64,000 nt of DNA. Origin: Auanema rhodensis (lineage: Eukaryota; Animalia; Nematoda). Below, in pieces: positions 39,386 through 55,300 of the stretch. Position numbers and translations under genes: made by a program. Under the pieces are notes generated by a model that did no database searches, was not told the origin of the DNA, and saw nothing but the letters and a program-made list of their open reading frames with translations. Numbering within the stretch: the stretch's first letter is position 1; every line of letters begins with the position of its first letter. The stretch is from positions 22,010,001 to 22,074,000 of the forward strand of contig OZ059900.1 in the NCBI GenBank assembly GCA_964057225.1, written 5' to 3'.

Positions 39386-39977
39386 TGAAATACTGTGACG
39401 CTGAAATTCGTTGCATTTGACGACTCATATGAACAAAAATCGATTTAATCAATATTAGCCATAAGGGGCGTGCCCTCAGAATATGCTAATTTCCTTAATT
39501 TTCTAACCCCTGTTTTTTTGTCGTGAAAGTGGAACTAGACGTTGTACGAACAATTTTGAGCTAGGTTTCATTGACATTGCATGAGTTTGAACACATGAAA
39601 TCGTAAGTCAAAACCTTGTTTACAGCGAAATTTCCAAAAACTGGTTTTCCAGTATAATAAAATATTTCTCATGGGAAATACTGTGTTTTTGTATTTTTCT
39701 AGTGTTCAGCATGTAAAATGCTTCATTTTAGTATGTAACACGCTGAAATTCGTTGCATTTGACGACTCATATGAACAAAAATCGATTTAATCAATATTAG
39801 CCATGAGGGGCGTGCCCTCAGAATATGCTAATTTCCTTAATTTTCTAACCCCTGTTTTTTTGTCGTGAAAGTGGAACTAGACGTTGTACGAACAATTTTG
39901 AGCTAGGTTTCATTGACATTGCATGAGTTTGAACACATGAAATCGTAAGTCAAAGCCTTGTTTACAGCGAAATTTCC

Positions 39978-41450
39978 AAAAACTGGTTTTCCAGCATAAT
40001 AAAATATTTCTCATGGGAAATACTGTGTTTTTGTATTTTTCTAGTGTTCAGCATGTAAAATCCTTCATTTTAGTATGTAACACGCTGAAATTCGTTGCAT
40101 TTGACAACTCATATGAACAAAAATCGATTTAATCAATATTAGCCATAATAAAATATTTCTCATGGGAAATACTGTGTTTTTGTATTTTTCTAGTGTTCAG
40201 CATGTAAAATGATTCATTTTAGTATGTAACACGCTGAAATTCGTTGCATTTGACGACTCATATGAACAAAAATCGATTTAATCAATATTAGCCATAAGGG
40301 GCGTGCCCTCAGAATATGCTAATTTCCTTAATTTTCTAACCCCTGTTTTTTTGTCGTGAAAGTGGAACTAGACGTTGTACGAACAATTTTGAGCTAGGTT
40401 TCATTGACATTGCATGAGTTTGAACACATGAAATCGTAAGTCAAAACCTTGTTTACAGCGAAATTTCCAAAAACTGGTTTTCCAGCATAATAAAATATTT
40501 CTCATGGGAAATACTGTGTTTTTGTATTTTTCTAGTGTTCAGCATGTAAAATGCTTCATTTTAGTATGTAACACGCTGAAATTCGTTGCATTTGACGACT
40601 CATATGAACAAAAATCGATTTAATCAATATTAGCCATAATAAAATATTTCTCATGGGAAATACTGTGTTTTTGTATTTTTCTAGTGTTCAGCATGTAAAA
40701 TGATTCATTTTAGTATGTAACACGCTGAAATTCGTTGCATTTGACGACTCATATGAACAAAAATCGATTTAATCAATATTAGCCATAAGGGGCGTGCCCT
40801 CAGAATATGCTAATTTCCTTAATTTTCTAACCCCTGTTTTTTTGTCGTGAAAGTGGAACTAGACGTTGTACGAACAATTTTGAGCTAGGTTTCATTGACA
40901 TTGCATGAGTTTGAACACATGAAATCGTAAGTCAAAGCCTTGTTTACAGCGAAATTTCCAAAAACTGGTTTTCCAGCATAATAAAATATTTCTCATGGGA
41001 AATACTGTGTTTTTGTATTTTTCTAGTGTTCAGCATGTAAAATCCTTCATTTTAGTATGTAACACGCTGAAATTCGTTGCATTTGACAACTCATATGAAC
41101 AAAAATCGATTTAATCAATATTAGCCATAATAAAATATTTCTCATGGGAAATACTGTGTTTTTGTATTTTTCTAGTGTTCAGCATGTAAAATGATTCATT
41201 TTAGTATGTAACACGCTGAAATTCGTTGCATTTGACGACTCATATGAACAAAAATCGATTTAATCAATATTAGCCATAAGGGGCGTGCCCTCAGAATATG
41301 CTAATTTCCTTAATTTTCTAACCCCTGTTTTTTTGTCGTGAAAGTGGAACTAGACGTTGTACGAACAATTTTGAGCTAGGTTTCATTGACATTGCATGAG
41401 TTTGAACACATGAAATCGTAAGTCAAAACCTTGTTTACAGCGAAATTTCC
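39978..41450 (+). repeat. Three consecutive 491-bp variant units
   Basis: Duplication junctions at 40144, 40635 and 41126, 491 bp apart. Confidence 0.93.
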
Positions 41451-44400
41451 AAAAACTGGTTTTCCAGCATAATAAAATATTTCTCATGGGAAATACTGTG
41501 TTTTTGTATTTTTCTAGTGTTCAGCATGTAAAATGCTTCATTTTAGTATGTAACACGCTAAAGTTCGTTGCATTTGACGACTCATATGAACAAAAATCGA
41601 TTTAATCAATATTAGCCATAAGGGGCGTGCCCTCAGAATATGCTAATTTCCTTAATTTTCTAACCCCTGTTTTTTTGTCGTGAAAGTGGAACTAGACGTT
41701 GTACGAACAATTTTGAGCTAGGTTTCATTGACATTGCATGAGTTTGAACACATGAAATCGTAAGTCAAAGCCTTGTTTACAGCGAAATTTCCAAAAACTG
41801 GTTTTCCAGCATAATAAAATATTTCTCATGGGAAATACTGTGTTTTTGTATTTTTCTAGTGTTCAGCATGTAAAATCCTTCATTTTAGTATGTAACACGC
41901 TGAAATTCGTTGCATTTGACAACTCATATGAACAAAAATCGATTTAATCAATATTAGCCATAATAAAATATTTCTCATGGGAAATACTGTGTTTTTGTAT
42001 TTTTCTAGTGTTCAGCATGTAAAATGATTCATTTTAGTATGTAACACGCTGAAATTCGTTGCATTTGACGACTCATATGAACAAAAATCGATTTAATCAA
42101 TATTAGCCATAAGGGGCGTGCCCTCAGAATATGCTAATTTCCTTAATTTTCTAACCCCTGTTTTTTTGTCGTGAAAGTGGAACTAGACGTTGTACGAACA
42201 ATTTTGAGCTAGGTTTCATTGACATTGCATGAGTTTGAACACATGAAATCGTAAGTCAAAACCTTGTTTACAGCGAAATTTCCAAAAACTGGTTTTCCAG
42301 CATAATAAAATATTTCTCATGGGAAATACTGTGTTTTTGTATTTTTCTAGTGTTCAGCATGTAAAATGCTTCATTTTAGTATGTAACACGCTAAAGTTCG
42401 TTGCATTTGACGACTCATATGAACAAAAATCGATTTAATCAATATTAGCCATAAGGGGCGTGCCCTCAGAATATGCTAATTTCCTTAACTTTCTAACCCC
42501 TGTTTTTTGTCGTGAAAGTGGAACTAGACGTTGTACGAACAATTTTGAGCTAAGTTTCATTGACATTGCATGAGTTTGAACACATGAAATCGTAAGTCAA
42601 AACCTTGTTTACAGCGAAATTTCCAAAAACTGGTTTTCCAGCATAATAAAACATTTCTCATGGGAAATACTGTGTTTTTGTTTTTTTCTAGTGTTCAGCA
42701 TGTAAAATGCTTCATTTTAGTATGTAACACGCTGAAATTCGTTGCATTTGACGACTCATATGAACAAAAATCGATTTAATCAATATTAGCCATAAGGGGC
42801 GTGCCCTCAGAATATGCTAATTTCCTTAATTTTCTAACCCCTGTTTTTTTGTCGTGAAAGTGGAACTAGATGTTGTACGAACAATTTTGAGCTAGGTTTC
42901 ATTGACATTGCATGAGTTTGAACACATGAAATCGTAAGTCAAAACCTTGTTTACAGCGAAATTTCCAAAAACTGGTTTTCCAGCATAATAAAATATTTCT
43001 CATGGGAAATACTGTGTTTTTGTATTTTTCTAGTGTTCAGCATGTAAAATGCTTCATTTTAGTATGTAACACGCTGAAATTCGTTGCATTTGACGACTCA
43101 TATGAACAAAAATCGATTTAATCAATATTAGCCATAAGGGGCGTGCCCTCAGAATATGCTAATTTCCTTAATTTTCTAACCCCTGTTTTTTTGTCGTGAA
43201 AGTGGAACTAGACGTTGTACGAACAATTTTGAGCTAGGTTTCATTGACATTGCATGAGTTTGAACACATGAAATCGTAAGTCAAAGCCTTGTTTACAGCG
43301 AAATTTCCAAAAACTGGTTTTCCAGCATAATAAAATATTTCTCATGGGAAATACTGTGTTTTTGTATTTTTCTAGTGTTCAGCATGTAAAATCCTTCATT
43401 TTAGTATGTAACACGCTGAAATTCGTTGCATTTGACAACTCATATGAACAAAAATCGATTTAATCAATATTAGCCATAATAAAATATTTCTCATGGGAAA
43501 TACTGTGTTTTTGTATTTTTCTAGTGTTCAGCATGTAAAATGATTCATTTTAGTATGTAACACGCTGAAATTCGTTGCATTTGACGACTCATATGAACAA
43601 AAATCGATTTAATCAATATTAGCCATAAGGGGCGTGCCCTCAGAATATGCTAATTTCCTTAATTTTCTAACCCCTGTTTTTTTGTCGTGAAAGTGGAACT
43701 AGACGTTGTACGAACAATTTTGAGCTAGGTTTCATTGACATTGCATGAGTTTGAACACATGAAATCGTAAGTCAAAGCCTTGTTTACAGCGAAATTTCCA
43801 AAAACTGGTTTTCCAGCATAATAAAATATTTCTCATGGGAAATACTGTGTTTTTGTATTTTTCTAGTGTTCAGCATGTAAAATCCTTCATTTTAGTATGT
43901 AACACGCTGAAATTCGTTGCATTTGACAACTCATATGAACAAAAATCGATTTAATCAATATTAGCCATAATAAAATATTTCTCATGGGAAATACTGTGTT
44001 TTTGTATTTTTCTAGTGTTCAGCATGTAAAATGATTCATTTTAGTATGTAACACGCTGAAATTCGTTGCATTTGACGACTCATATGAACAAAAATCGATT
44101 TAATCAATATTAGCCATAAGGGGCGTGCCCTCAGAATATGCTAATTTCCTTAATTTTCTAACCCCTGTTTTTTTGTCGTGAAAGTGGAACTAGACGTTGT
44201 ACGAACAATTTTGAGCTAGGTTTCATTGACATTGCATGAGTTTGAACACATGAAATCGTAAGTCAAAGCCTTGTTTACAGCGAAATTTCCAAAAACTGGT
44301 TTTCCAGCATAATAAAATATTTCTCATGGGAAATACTGTGTTTTTGTATTTTTCTAGTGTTCAGCATGTAAAATCCTTCATTTTAGTATGTAACACGCTG

Positions 44401-47400
44401 AAATTCGTTGCATTTGACAACTCATATGAACAAAAATCGATTTAATCAATATTAGCCATAATAAAATATTTCTCATGGGAAATACTGTGTTTTTGTATTT
44501 TTCTAGTGTTCAGCATGTAAAATGATTCATTTTAGTATGTAACACGCTGAAATTCGTTGCATTTGACGACTCATATGAACAAAAATCGATTTAATCAATA
44601 TTAGCCATAAGGGGCGTGCCCTCAGAATATGCTAATTTCCTTAATTTTCTAACCCCTGTTTTTTTGTCGTGAAAGTGGAACTAGACGTTGTACGAACAAT
44701 TTTGAGCTAGGTTTCATTGACATTGCATGAGTTTGAACACATGAAATCGTAAGTCAAAGCCTTGTTTACAGCGAAATTTCCAAAAACTGGTTTTCCAGCA
44801 TAATAAAATATTTCTCATGGGAAATACTGTGTTTTTGTATTTTTCTAGTGTTCAGCATGTAAAATCCTTCATTTTAGTATGTAACACGCTGAAATTCGTT
44901 GCATTTGACAACTCATATGAACAAAAATCGATTTAATCAATATTAGCCATAATAAAATATTTCTCATGGGAAATACTGTGTTTTTGTATTTTTCTAGTGT
45001 TCAGCATGTAAAATGATTCATTTTAGTATGTAACACGCTGAAATTCGTTGCATTTGACGACTCATATGAACAAAAATCGATTTAATCAATATTAGCCATA
45101 AGGGGCGTGCCCTCAGAATATGCTAATTTCCTTAATTTTCTAACCCCTGTTTTTTTGTCGTGAAAGTGGAACTAGACGTTGTACGAACAATTTTGAGCTA
45201 GGTTTCATTGACATTGCATGAGTTTGAACACATGAAATCGTAAGTCAAAACCTTGTTTACAGCGAAATTTCCAAAAACTGGTTTTCCAGCATAATAAAAT
45301 ATTTCTCATGGGAAATACTGTGTTTTTGTATTTTTCTAGTGTTCAGCATGTAAAATGCTTCATTTTAGTATGTAACACGCTGAAATTCGTTGCATTTGAC
45401 GACTCATATGAACAAAAATCGATTTAATCAATATTAGCCATAAGGGGCGTGCCCTCAGAATATGCTAATTTCCTTAATTTTCTAACCCCTGTTTTTTTGT
45501 CGTGAAAGTGGAACTAGACGTTGTACGAACAATTTTGAGCTAGGTTTCATTGACATTGCATGAGTTTGAACACATGAAATCGTAAGTCAAAGCCTTGTTT
45601 ACAGCGAAATTTCCAAAAACTGGTTTTCCAGCATAATAAAATATTTCTCATGGGAAATACTGTGTTTTTGTATTTTTCTAGTGTTCAGCATGTAAAATCC
45701 TTCATTTTAGTATGTAACACGCTGAAATTCGTTGCATTTGACAACTCATATGAACAAAAATCGATTTAATCAATATTAGCCATAATAAAATATTTCTCAT
45801 GGGAAATACTGTGTTTTTGTATTTTTCTAGTGTTCAGCATGTAAAATGATTCATTTTAGTATGTAACACGCTGAAATTCGTTGCATTTGACGACTCATAT
45901 GAACAAAAATCGATTTAATCAATATTAGCCATAAGGGGCGTGCCCTCAGAATATGCTAATTTCCTTAATTTTCTAACCCCTGTTTTTTTGTCGTGAAAGT
46001 GGAACTAGACGTTGTACGAACAATTTTGAGCTAGGTTTCATTGACATTGCATGAGTTTGAACACATGAAATCGTAAGTCAAAACCTTGTTTACAGCGAAA
46101 TTTCCAAAAACTGGTTTTCCAGCATAATAAAATATTTCTCATGGGAAATACTGTGTTTTTGTATTTTTCTAGTGTTCAGCATGTAAAATGCTTCATTTTA
46201 GTATGTAACACGCTGAAATTCGTTGCATTTGACGACTCATATGAACAAAAATCGATTTAATCAATATTAGCCATAAGGGGCGTGCCCTCAGAATATGCTA
46301 ATTTCCTTAATTTTCTAACCCCTGTTTTTTTGTCGTGAAAGTGGAACTAGACGTTGTACGAACAATTTTGAGCTAGGTTTCATTGACATTGCATGAGTTT
46401 GAACACATGAAATCGTAAGTCAAAACCTTGTTTACAGCGAAATTTCCAAAAACTGGTTTTCCAGCATAATAAAATATTTCTCATGGGAAATACTGTGTTT
46501 TTGTATTTTTCTAGTGTTCAGCATGTAAAATGCTTCATTTTAGTATGTAACACGCTAAAATTCGTTGCATTTGACGACTCATATGAACAAAAATCGATTT
46601 AATCAATATTAGCCATAAGTGGCGTGCCCTCAGAATATGCTAATTTCCTTAATTTTCTAACCCCTGTTTTTTTGTCGTGAAAGTGGAACTAGACGTTGTA
46701 CGAACAATTTTGAGCTAGGTTTCATTGACATTGCATGAGTTTGAACACATGAAATCGTAAGTCAAAACCTTGTTTACAGCGAAATTTCCAAAAACTGGTT
46801 TTCCAGCATAATAAAATATTTCTCATGGGAAATACTGTGTTTTTGTATTTTTCTAGTGTTCAGCATGTAAAATGCTTCATTTTAGTATGTAACACGCTAA
46901 AATTCGTTGCATTTGACGACTCATATGAACAAAAATCGATTTAATCAATATTAGCCATAAGGGGCGTGCCCTCAGAATATGCTAATTTCCTTAATTTTCT
47001 AACCCCTGTTTTTTTGTCGTGAAAGTGGAACTAGACGTTGTACGAACAATTTTGAGCTAGGTTTCATTGACATTGCATGAGTTTGAACACATGAAATCGT
47101 AAGTCAAAACCTTGTTTACAGCGAAATTTCCAAAAACTGGTTTTCCAGCATAATAAAATATTTCTCATGGGAAATACTGTGTTTTTGTATTTTTTTAGTG
47201 TTCAGCATGTAAAATGCTTCATTTCAGTATGTAACACGCTGAAATTCGTTGCATTTGACGACTCATATGAACAAAAATCGATTTAATCAATATTAGCCAT
47301 AAGGGGCGTGCCCTCAGAATATGCTAATTTCCTTAATTTTCTAACCCCTGTTTTTTTGTCGTGAAAGTGGAACTAGACGTTGTACGAACAATTTTGAGCA

Positions 47401-50400
47401 AGGTTTCATTGACATTGCATGAGTTTGAACACATGAAATCGTAAGTCAAAACCTTGTTTACAGCGAAATTTCCAAAAACTGGTTTTCCAGCATAATAAAA
47501 TATTTCTCATGGGAAATACTGTGTTTTTGTATTTTTCTAGTGTTCAGCATGTAAAATGCTTCATTTTAGTATGTAACACGCTGAAATTCGTTGCATTTGA
47601 CGACTCATATGAACAAAAATCGATTTAATCAATATTAGACATAAGGGGCGTGCCCTCAGAATATGCTAATTTCCTTAATTTTCTAACCCCTGTTTTTTTG
47701 TCGTGAAAGTGGAACTAGACGTTGTACGAACAATTTTGAGCTAGGTTTCATTGACATTGCATGAGTTTGAACACATGAAATCGTAAGTCAAAACCTTGTT
47801 TACAGCGAAATTTCCAAAAACTGGTTTTCCAGCATAATAAAATATTTCTCATGGGAAATACTGTGTTTTTGTATTTTTCTAGTGTTCAGCATGTAAAATG
47901 CTTCATTTTAGTATGTAACACGCTGAAATTCGTTGCATTTGACAACTCATATGAACAAAAATCGATTTAATCAATATTAGCCATAATAAAATATTTCTCA
48001 TGGGAAATACTGTGTTTTTGTATTTTTCTAGTGTTCAGCATGTAAAATGATTCATTTTAGTATGTAACACGCTGAAATTCGTTGCATTTGACGACTCATA
48101 TGAACAAAAATCGATTTAATCAATATTAGCCATAAGGGGCGTGCCCTCAGAATATGCTAATTTCCTTAATTTTCTAACCCCTGTTTTTTTGTCGTGAAAG
48201 TGGAACTAGACGTTGTACGAACAATTTTGAGCTAGGTTTCATTGACATTGCATGAGTTTGAACACATGAAATCGTAAGTCAAAACCTTGTTTACAGCGAA
48301 ATTTCCAAAAACTGGTTTTCCAGCATAATAAAATATTTCTCATGGGAAATACTGTGTTTTTGTATTTTTCTAGTGTTCAGCATGTAAAATGCTTCATTTT
48401 AGTATGTAACACGCTGAAATTCGTTGCATTTGACGACTCATATGAACAAAAATCGATTTAATCAATATTAGCCATAAGGGGCGTGCCCTCAGAATATGCT
48501 AATTTCCTTAATTTTCTAACCCCTGTTTTTTTGTCGTGAAAGTGGAACTAGACGTTGTACGAACAATTTTGAGCTAGGTTTCATTGACATTGCATGAGTT
48601 TGAACACATGAAATCGTAAGTCAAAGCCTTGTTTACAGCGAAATTTCCAAAAACTGGTTTTCCAGCATAATAAAATATTTCTCATGGGAAATACTGTGTT
48701 TTTGTATTTTTCTAGTGTTCAGCATGTAAAATCCTTCATTTTAGTATGTAACACGCTGAAATTCGTTGCATTTGACAACTCATATGAACAAAAATCGATT
48801 TAATCAATATTAGCCATAATAAAATATTTCTCATGGGAAATACTGTGTTTTTGTATTTTTCTAGTGTTCAGCATGTAAAATGCTTCATTTTAGTATGTAA
48901 CACGCTGAAATTCGTTGCATTTGACGACTTATATGAACAAAAATCGATTTAATCAATATTAGCCATAAGGGGCGTGCCCTCAGAATATGCTAATTTCCTT
49001 AATTTTCTAACCCCTGTTTTTTTGTCGTGAAAGTGGAACTAGACGTTGTACGAACAATTTTGAGCTAGGTTTCATTGACATTGCATGAGTTTGAACACAT
49101 GAAATCGTAAGTCAAAACCTTGTTTACAGCGAAATTTCCAAAAACTGGTTTTCCAGCATAATAAAATATTTCTCATGGGAAATACTGTGTTTTTGTATTT
49201 TTCTAGTGTTCAGCATGTAAAATGCTTCATTTTAGTATGTAACACGCTGAAATTCGTTGCATTTGACAACTCATATGAACAAAAATCGATTTAATCAATA
49301 TTAGCCATAATAAAATATTTCTCATGGGAAATACTGTGTTTTTGTATTTTTCTAGTGTTCAGCATGTAAAATGATTCATTTTAGTATGTAACACGCTGAA
49401 ATTCGTTGCATTTGACGACTCATATGAACAAAAATCGATTTAATCAATATTAGACATAAGGGGCGTGCCCTCAGAATATGCTAATTTCCTTAATTTTCTA
49501 ACCCCTGTTTTTTTGTCGTGAAAGTGGAACTAGACGTTGTACGAACAATTTTGAGCTAGGTTTCATTGACATTGCATGAGTTTGAACACATGAAATCGTA
49601 AGTCAAAACCTTGTTTACAGCGAAATTTCCAAAAACTGGTTTTCCAGCATAATAAAATATTTCTCATGGGAAATACTGTGTTTTTGTATTTTTCTAGTGT
49701 TCAGCATGTAAAATGCTTCATTTTAGTATGTAACACGCTGAAATTCGTTGCATTTGACGACTTATATGAACAAAAATCGATTTAATCAATATTAGCCATA
49801 AGGGGCGTGCCCTCAGAATATGCTAATTTCCTTAATTTTCTAACCCCTGTTTTTTTGTCGTGAAAGTGGAACTAGACGTTGTACGAACAATTTTGAGCTA
49901 GGTTTCATTGACATTGCATGAGTTTGAACACATGAAATCGTAAGTCAAAACCTTGTTTACAGCGAAATTTCCAAAAACTGGTTTTCCAGCATAATAAAAT
50001 ATTTCTCATGGGAAATACTGTGTTTTTGTATTTTTCTAGTGTTCAGCATGTAAAATGCTTCATTTTAGTATGTAACACGCTGAAATTCGTTGCATTTGAC
50101 GACTCATATGAACAAAAATCGATTTAATCAATATTAGCCATAAGGGGCGTGCCCTCAGAATATGCTAATTTCCTTAATTTTCTAACCCCTGTTTTTTTGT
50201 CGTGAAAGTGGAACTAGACGTTGTACGAACAATTTTGAGCTAAGTTTCATTGACATTGCATGAGTTTGAACACATGAAATCGTAAGTCAAAACCTTGTTT
50301 ACAGCGAAATTTCCAAAAACTGGTTTTCCAGCATAATAAAATATTTCTCATGGGAAATACTGTGTTTTTGTATTTTTCTAGTGTTCAGCATGTAAAATGC

Positions 50401-52383
50401 TTCATTTTAGTATGTAACACGCTGAAATTCGTTGCATTTGACGACTCATATGAACAAAAATCGATTTAATCAATATTAGCCATAAGGGGCGTGCCCTCAG
50501 AATATGCTAATTTCCTTAATTTTCTAACCTCTGTTTTTTTGTCGTGAAAGTGGAACTAAACGTTGTACGAACAATTTTGAGCTAGGTTTCATTGACATTG
50601 CATGAGTTTGAACACATGAAATCGTAAGTCAAAACCTTGTTTACAGCGAAATTTCCAAAAACTGGTTTTCCAGCATAATAAAATATTTCTCATGGGAAAT
50701 ACTGTGTTTTTGTATTTTTCTAGTGTTCAGCATGTAAAATGCTTCATATTAGTATGTAACACGCTGAAATTCGTTGCATTTGACGACTCATATGAACAAA
50801 AATCGATTTAATCAATATTAGCCATAAGGGGCGTGCCCTCAGAATATGCTAATTTCCTTAATTTTCTAACCCCTGTTTTTTTGTCGTGAAAGTGGAACTA
50901 GACGTTGTACGAACAATTTTGAACTAAGTTTCATTGACATTGCATGAGTTTGAACACATGAAATCGTAAGTCAAAACCTTGTTTACAGCGAAATTTCCAA
51001 AAACTGGTTTTCCAGCATAATAAAATATTTCTCATGGGAAATACTGTGTTTTTGTTTTTTTCTAGTGTTCAGCATGTAAAATGCTTCATTTTAGTATGTA
51101 ACACGCTGAAATTCGTTGCATTTGACGAATCATATGAACAAAAATCGATTTAATCAATATTAGCCATAAGGGGCGTGCCCTCAGAATATGCTAATTTCCT
51201 TAATTTTCTAACCCCTGTTTTTTTGTCGTGAAAGTGGAACTAGACGTTGTACGAACAATTTTGAGCTAGGTTTCATTGACATTGCATGAGTTTGAACACA
51301 TGAAATCGTAAGTCAAAACCTTGTTTACAGCGAAATTTCCAAAAACTGGTTTTCCAGCATAATAAAATATTTCTCATGGGAAATACTGTGTTTTTGTATT
51401 TTTCTAGTGTTCAGCATGTAAAATGCTTCATATTAGTATGTAACACGCTGAAATTCGTTGCATTTGACGACTCATATGAACAAAAATCGATTTAATCAAT
51501 ATTAGCCATAAGGGGCGTGCCCTCAGAATATGCTAATTTCCTTAATTTTCTAACCCCTGTTTTTTTGTCGTGAAAGTGGAACTAGACGTTGTACGAACAA
51601 TTTTGAGCTAGGTTTCATTGACATTGCATGAGTTTGAACACATGAAATCGTAAGTCAAAACCTTGTTTACAGCGAAATTTCCAAAAACTGGTTTTCCAGC
51701 ATAATAAAATATTTCTCATGGGAAATACTGTGTTTTTGTTTTTTTCTAGTGTTCAGCATGTAAAATGCTTCATTTTAGTATGTAACACGCTGAAATTCGT
51801 TGCATTTGACGACTCATATGAACAAAAATCGATTTAATCAATATTAGCCATAAGGGGCGTGCCCTCAGAATATGCTAATTTCCTTAATTTTCTAACCTCT
51901 GTTTTTTTGTCGTGAAAGTGGAACTAAACGTTGTACGAACAATTTTGAGCTAGGTTTCATTGACATTGCATGAGTTTGAACACATGAAATCGTAAGTCAA
52001 AACCTTGTTTACAGCGAAATTTCCAAAAACTGGTTTTCCAGCATAATAAAATATTTCTCATGGGAAATACTGTGTTTTTGTATTTTTCTAGTGTTCAGCA
52101 TGTAAAATGCTTCATATTAGTATGTAACACGCTGAAATTCGTTGCATTTGACGACTCATATGAACAAAAATCGATTTAATCAATATTAGCCATAAGGGGC
52201 GTGCCCTCAGAATATGCTAATTTCCTTAATTTTCTAACCCCTGTTTTTTTGTCGTGAAAGTGGAACTAGACGTTGTACGAACAATTTTGAGCTAAGTTTC
52301 ATTGACATTGCATGAGTTTGAACACATGAAATCGTAAGTCAAAACCTTGTTTACAGCGAAATTTCCAAAAACTGGTTTTCCAG
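40635..52383 (+). repeat. Copy A (11749 bp) of a large tandem duplication within the array
   Basis: Private SNPs recur in the same order at +11749: 42652/54401, 42871/54620, 46620/58369, 47400/59149, 47639/59388. They then recur at +11258: 48930/60188, 49454/60712, 50530/61788, 50923/62181, 51129/62387. Confidence 0.93.
43309..45272 (+). repeat. Four consecutive 491-bp variant units
   Basis: Junctions at 43475, 43966, 44457 and 44948; the CAAAGCC marker recurs every 491 bp. Confidence 0.95.
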
Positions 52384-55300
52384 CATAATAAAATATTTCT
52401 CATGGGAAATACTGTGTTTTTGTATTTTTCTAGTGTTCAGCATGTAAAATGATTCATTTTAGTATGTAACACGCTGAAATTCGTTGCATTTGACGACTCA
52501 TATGAACAAAAATCGATTTAATCAATATTAGCCATAAGGGGCGTGCCCTCAGAATATGCTAATTTCCTTAATTTTCTAACCCCTGTTTTTTTGTCGTGAA
52601 AGTGGAACTAGACGTTGTACGAACAATTTTGAGCTAGGTTTCATTGACATTGCATGAGTTTGAACACATGAAATCGTAAGTCAAAGCCTTGTTTACAGCG
52701 AAATTTCCAAAAACTGGTTTTCCAGCATAATAAAATATTTCTCATGGGAAATACTGTGTTTTTGTATTTTTCTAGTGTTCAGCATGTAAAATCCTTCATT
52801 TTAGTATGTAACACGCTGAAATTCGTTGCATTTGACAACTCATATGAACAAAAATCGATTTAATCAATATTAGCCATAATAAAATATTTCTCATGGGAAA
52901 TACTGTGTTTTTGTATTTTTCTAGTGTTCAGCATGTAAAATGATTCATTTTAGTATGTAACACGCTGAAATTCGTTGCATTTGACGACTCATATGAACAA
53001 AAATCGATTTAATCAATATTAGCCATAAGGGGCGTGCCCTCAGAATATGCTAATTTCCTTAATTTTCTAACCCCTGTTTTTTTGTCGTGAAAGTGGAACT
53101 AGACGTTGTACGAACAATTTTGAGCTAGGTTTCATTGACATTGCATGAGTTTGAACACATGAAATCGTAAGTCAAAACCTTGTTTACAGCGAAATTTCCA
53201 AAAACTGGTTTTCCAGCATAATAAAATATTTCTCATGGGAAATACTGTGTTTTTGTATTTTTCTAGTGTTCAGCATGTAAAATGCTTCATTTTAGTATGT
53301 AACACGCTAAAGTTCGTTGCATTTGACGACTCATATGAACAAAAATCGATTTAATCAATATTAGCCATAAGGGGCGTGCCCTCAGAATATGCTAATTTCC
53401 TTAATTTTCTAACCCCTGTTTTTTTGTCGTGAAAGTGGAACTAGACGTTGTACGAACAATTTTGAGCTAGGTTTCATTGACATTGCATGAGTTTGAACAC
53501 ATGAAATCGTAAGTCAAAGCCTTGTTTACAGCGAAATTTCCAAAAACTGGTTTTCCAGCATAATAAAATATTTCTCATGGGAAATACTGTGTTTTTGTAT
53601 TTTTCTAGTGTTCAGCATGTAAAATCCTTCATTTTAGTATGTAACACGCTGAAATTCGTTGCATTTGACAACTCATATGAACAAAAATCGATTTAATCAA
53701 TATTAGCCATAATAAAATATTTCTCATGGGAAATACTGTGTTTTTGTATTTTTCTAGTGTTCAGCATGTAAAATGATTCATTTTAGTATGTAACACGCTG
53801 AAATTCGTTGCATTTGACGACTCATATGAACAAAAATCGATTTAATCAATATTAGCCATAAGGGGCGTGCCCTCAGAATATGCTAATTTCCTTAATTTTC
53901 TAACCCCTGTTTTTTTGTCGTGAAAGTGGAACTAGACGTTGTACGAACAATTTTGAGCTAGGTTTCATTGACATTGCATGAGTTTGAACACATGAAATCG
54001 TAAGTCAAAACCTTGTTTACAGCGAAATTTCCAAAAACTGGTTTTCCAGCATAATAAAATATTTCTCATGGGAAATACTGTGTTTTTGTATTTTTCTAGT
54101 GTTCAGCATGTAAAATGCTTCATTTTAGTATGTAACACGCTAAAGTTCGTTGCATTTGACGACTCATATGAACAAAAATCGATTTAATCAATATTAGCCA
54201 TAAGGGGCGTGCCCTCAGAATATGCTAATTTCCTTAACTTTCTAACCCCTGTTTTTTGTCGTGAAAGTGGAACTAGACGTTGTACGAACAATTTTGAGCT
54301 AAGTTTCATTGACATTGCATGAGTTTGAACACATGAAATCGTAAGTCAAAACCTTGTTTACAGCGAAATTTCCAAAAACTGGTTTTCCAGCATAATAAAA
54401 CATTTCTCATGGGAAATACTGTGTTTTTGTTTTTTTCTAGTGTTCAGCATGTAAAATGCTTCATTTTAGTATGTAACACGCTGAAATTCGTTGCATTTGA
54501 CGACTCATATGAACAAAAATCGATTTAATCAATATTAGCCATAAGGGGCGTGCCCTCAGAATATGCTAATTTCCTTAATTTTCTAACCCCTGTTTTTTTG
54601 TCGTGAAAGTGGAACTAGATGTTGTACGAACAATTTTGAGCTAGGTTTCATTGACATTGCATGAGTTTGAACACATGAAATCGTAAGTCAAAACCTTGTT
54701 TACAGCGAAATTTCCAAAAACTGGTTTTCCAGCATAATAAAATATTTCTCATGGGAAATACTGTGTTTTTGTATTTTTCTAGTGTTCAGCATGTAAAATG
54801 CTTCATTTTAGTATGTAACACGCTGAAATTCGTTGCATTTGACGACTCATATGAACAAAAATCGATTTAATCAATATTAGCCATAAGGGGCGTGCCCTCA
54901 GAATATGCTAATTTCCTTAATTTTCTAACCCCTGTTTTTTTGTCGTGAAAGTGGAACTAGACGTTGTACGAACAATTTTGAGCTAGGTTTCATTGACATT
55001 GCATGAGTTTGAACACATGAAATCGTAAGTCAAAGCCTTGTTTACAGCGAAATTTCCAAAAACTGGTTTTCCAGCATAATAAAATATTTCTCATGGGAAA
55101 TACTGTGTTTTTGTATTTTTCTAGTGTTCAGCATGTAAAATCCTTCATTTTAGTATGTAACACGCTGAAATTCGTTGCATTTGACAACTCATATGAACAA
55201 AAATCGATTTAATCAATATTAGCCATAATAAAATATTTCTCATGGGAAATACTGTGTTTTTGTATTTTTCTAGTGTTCAGCATGTAAAATGATTCATTTT

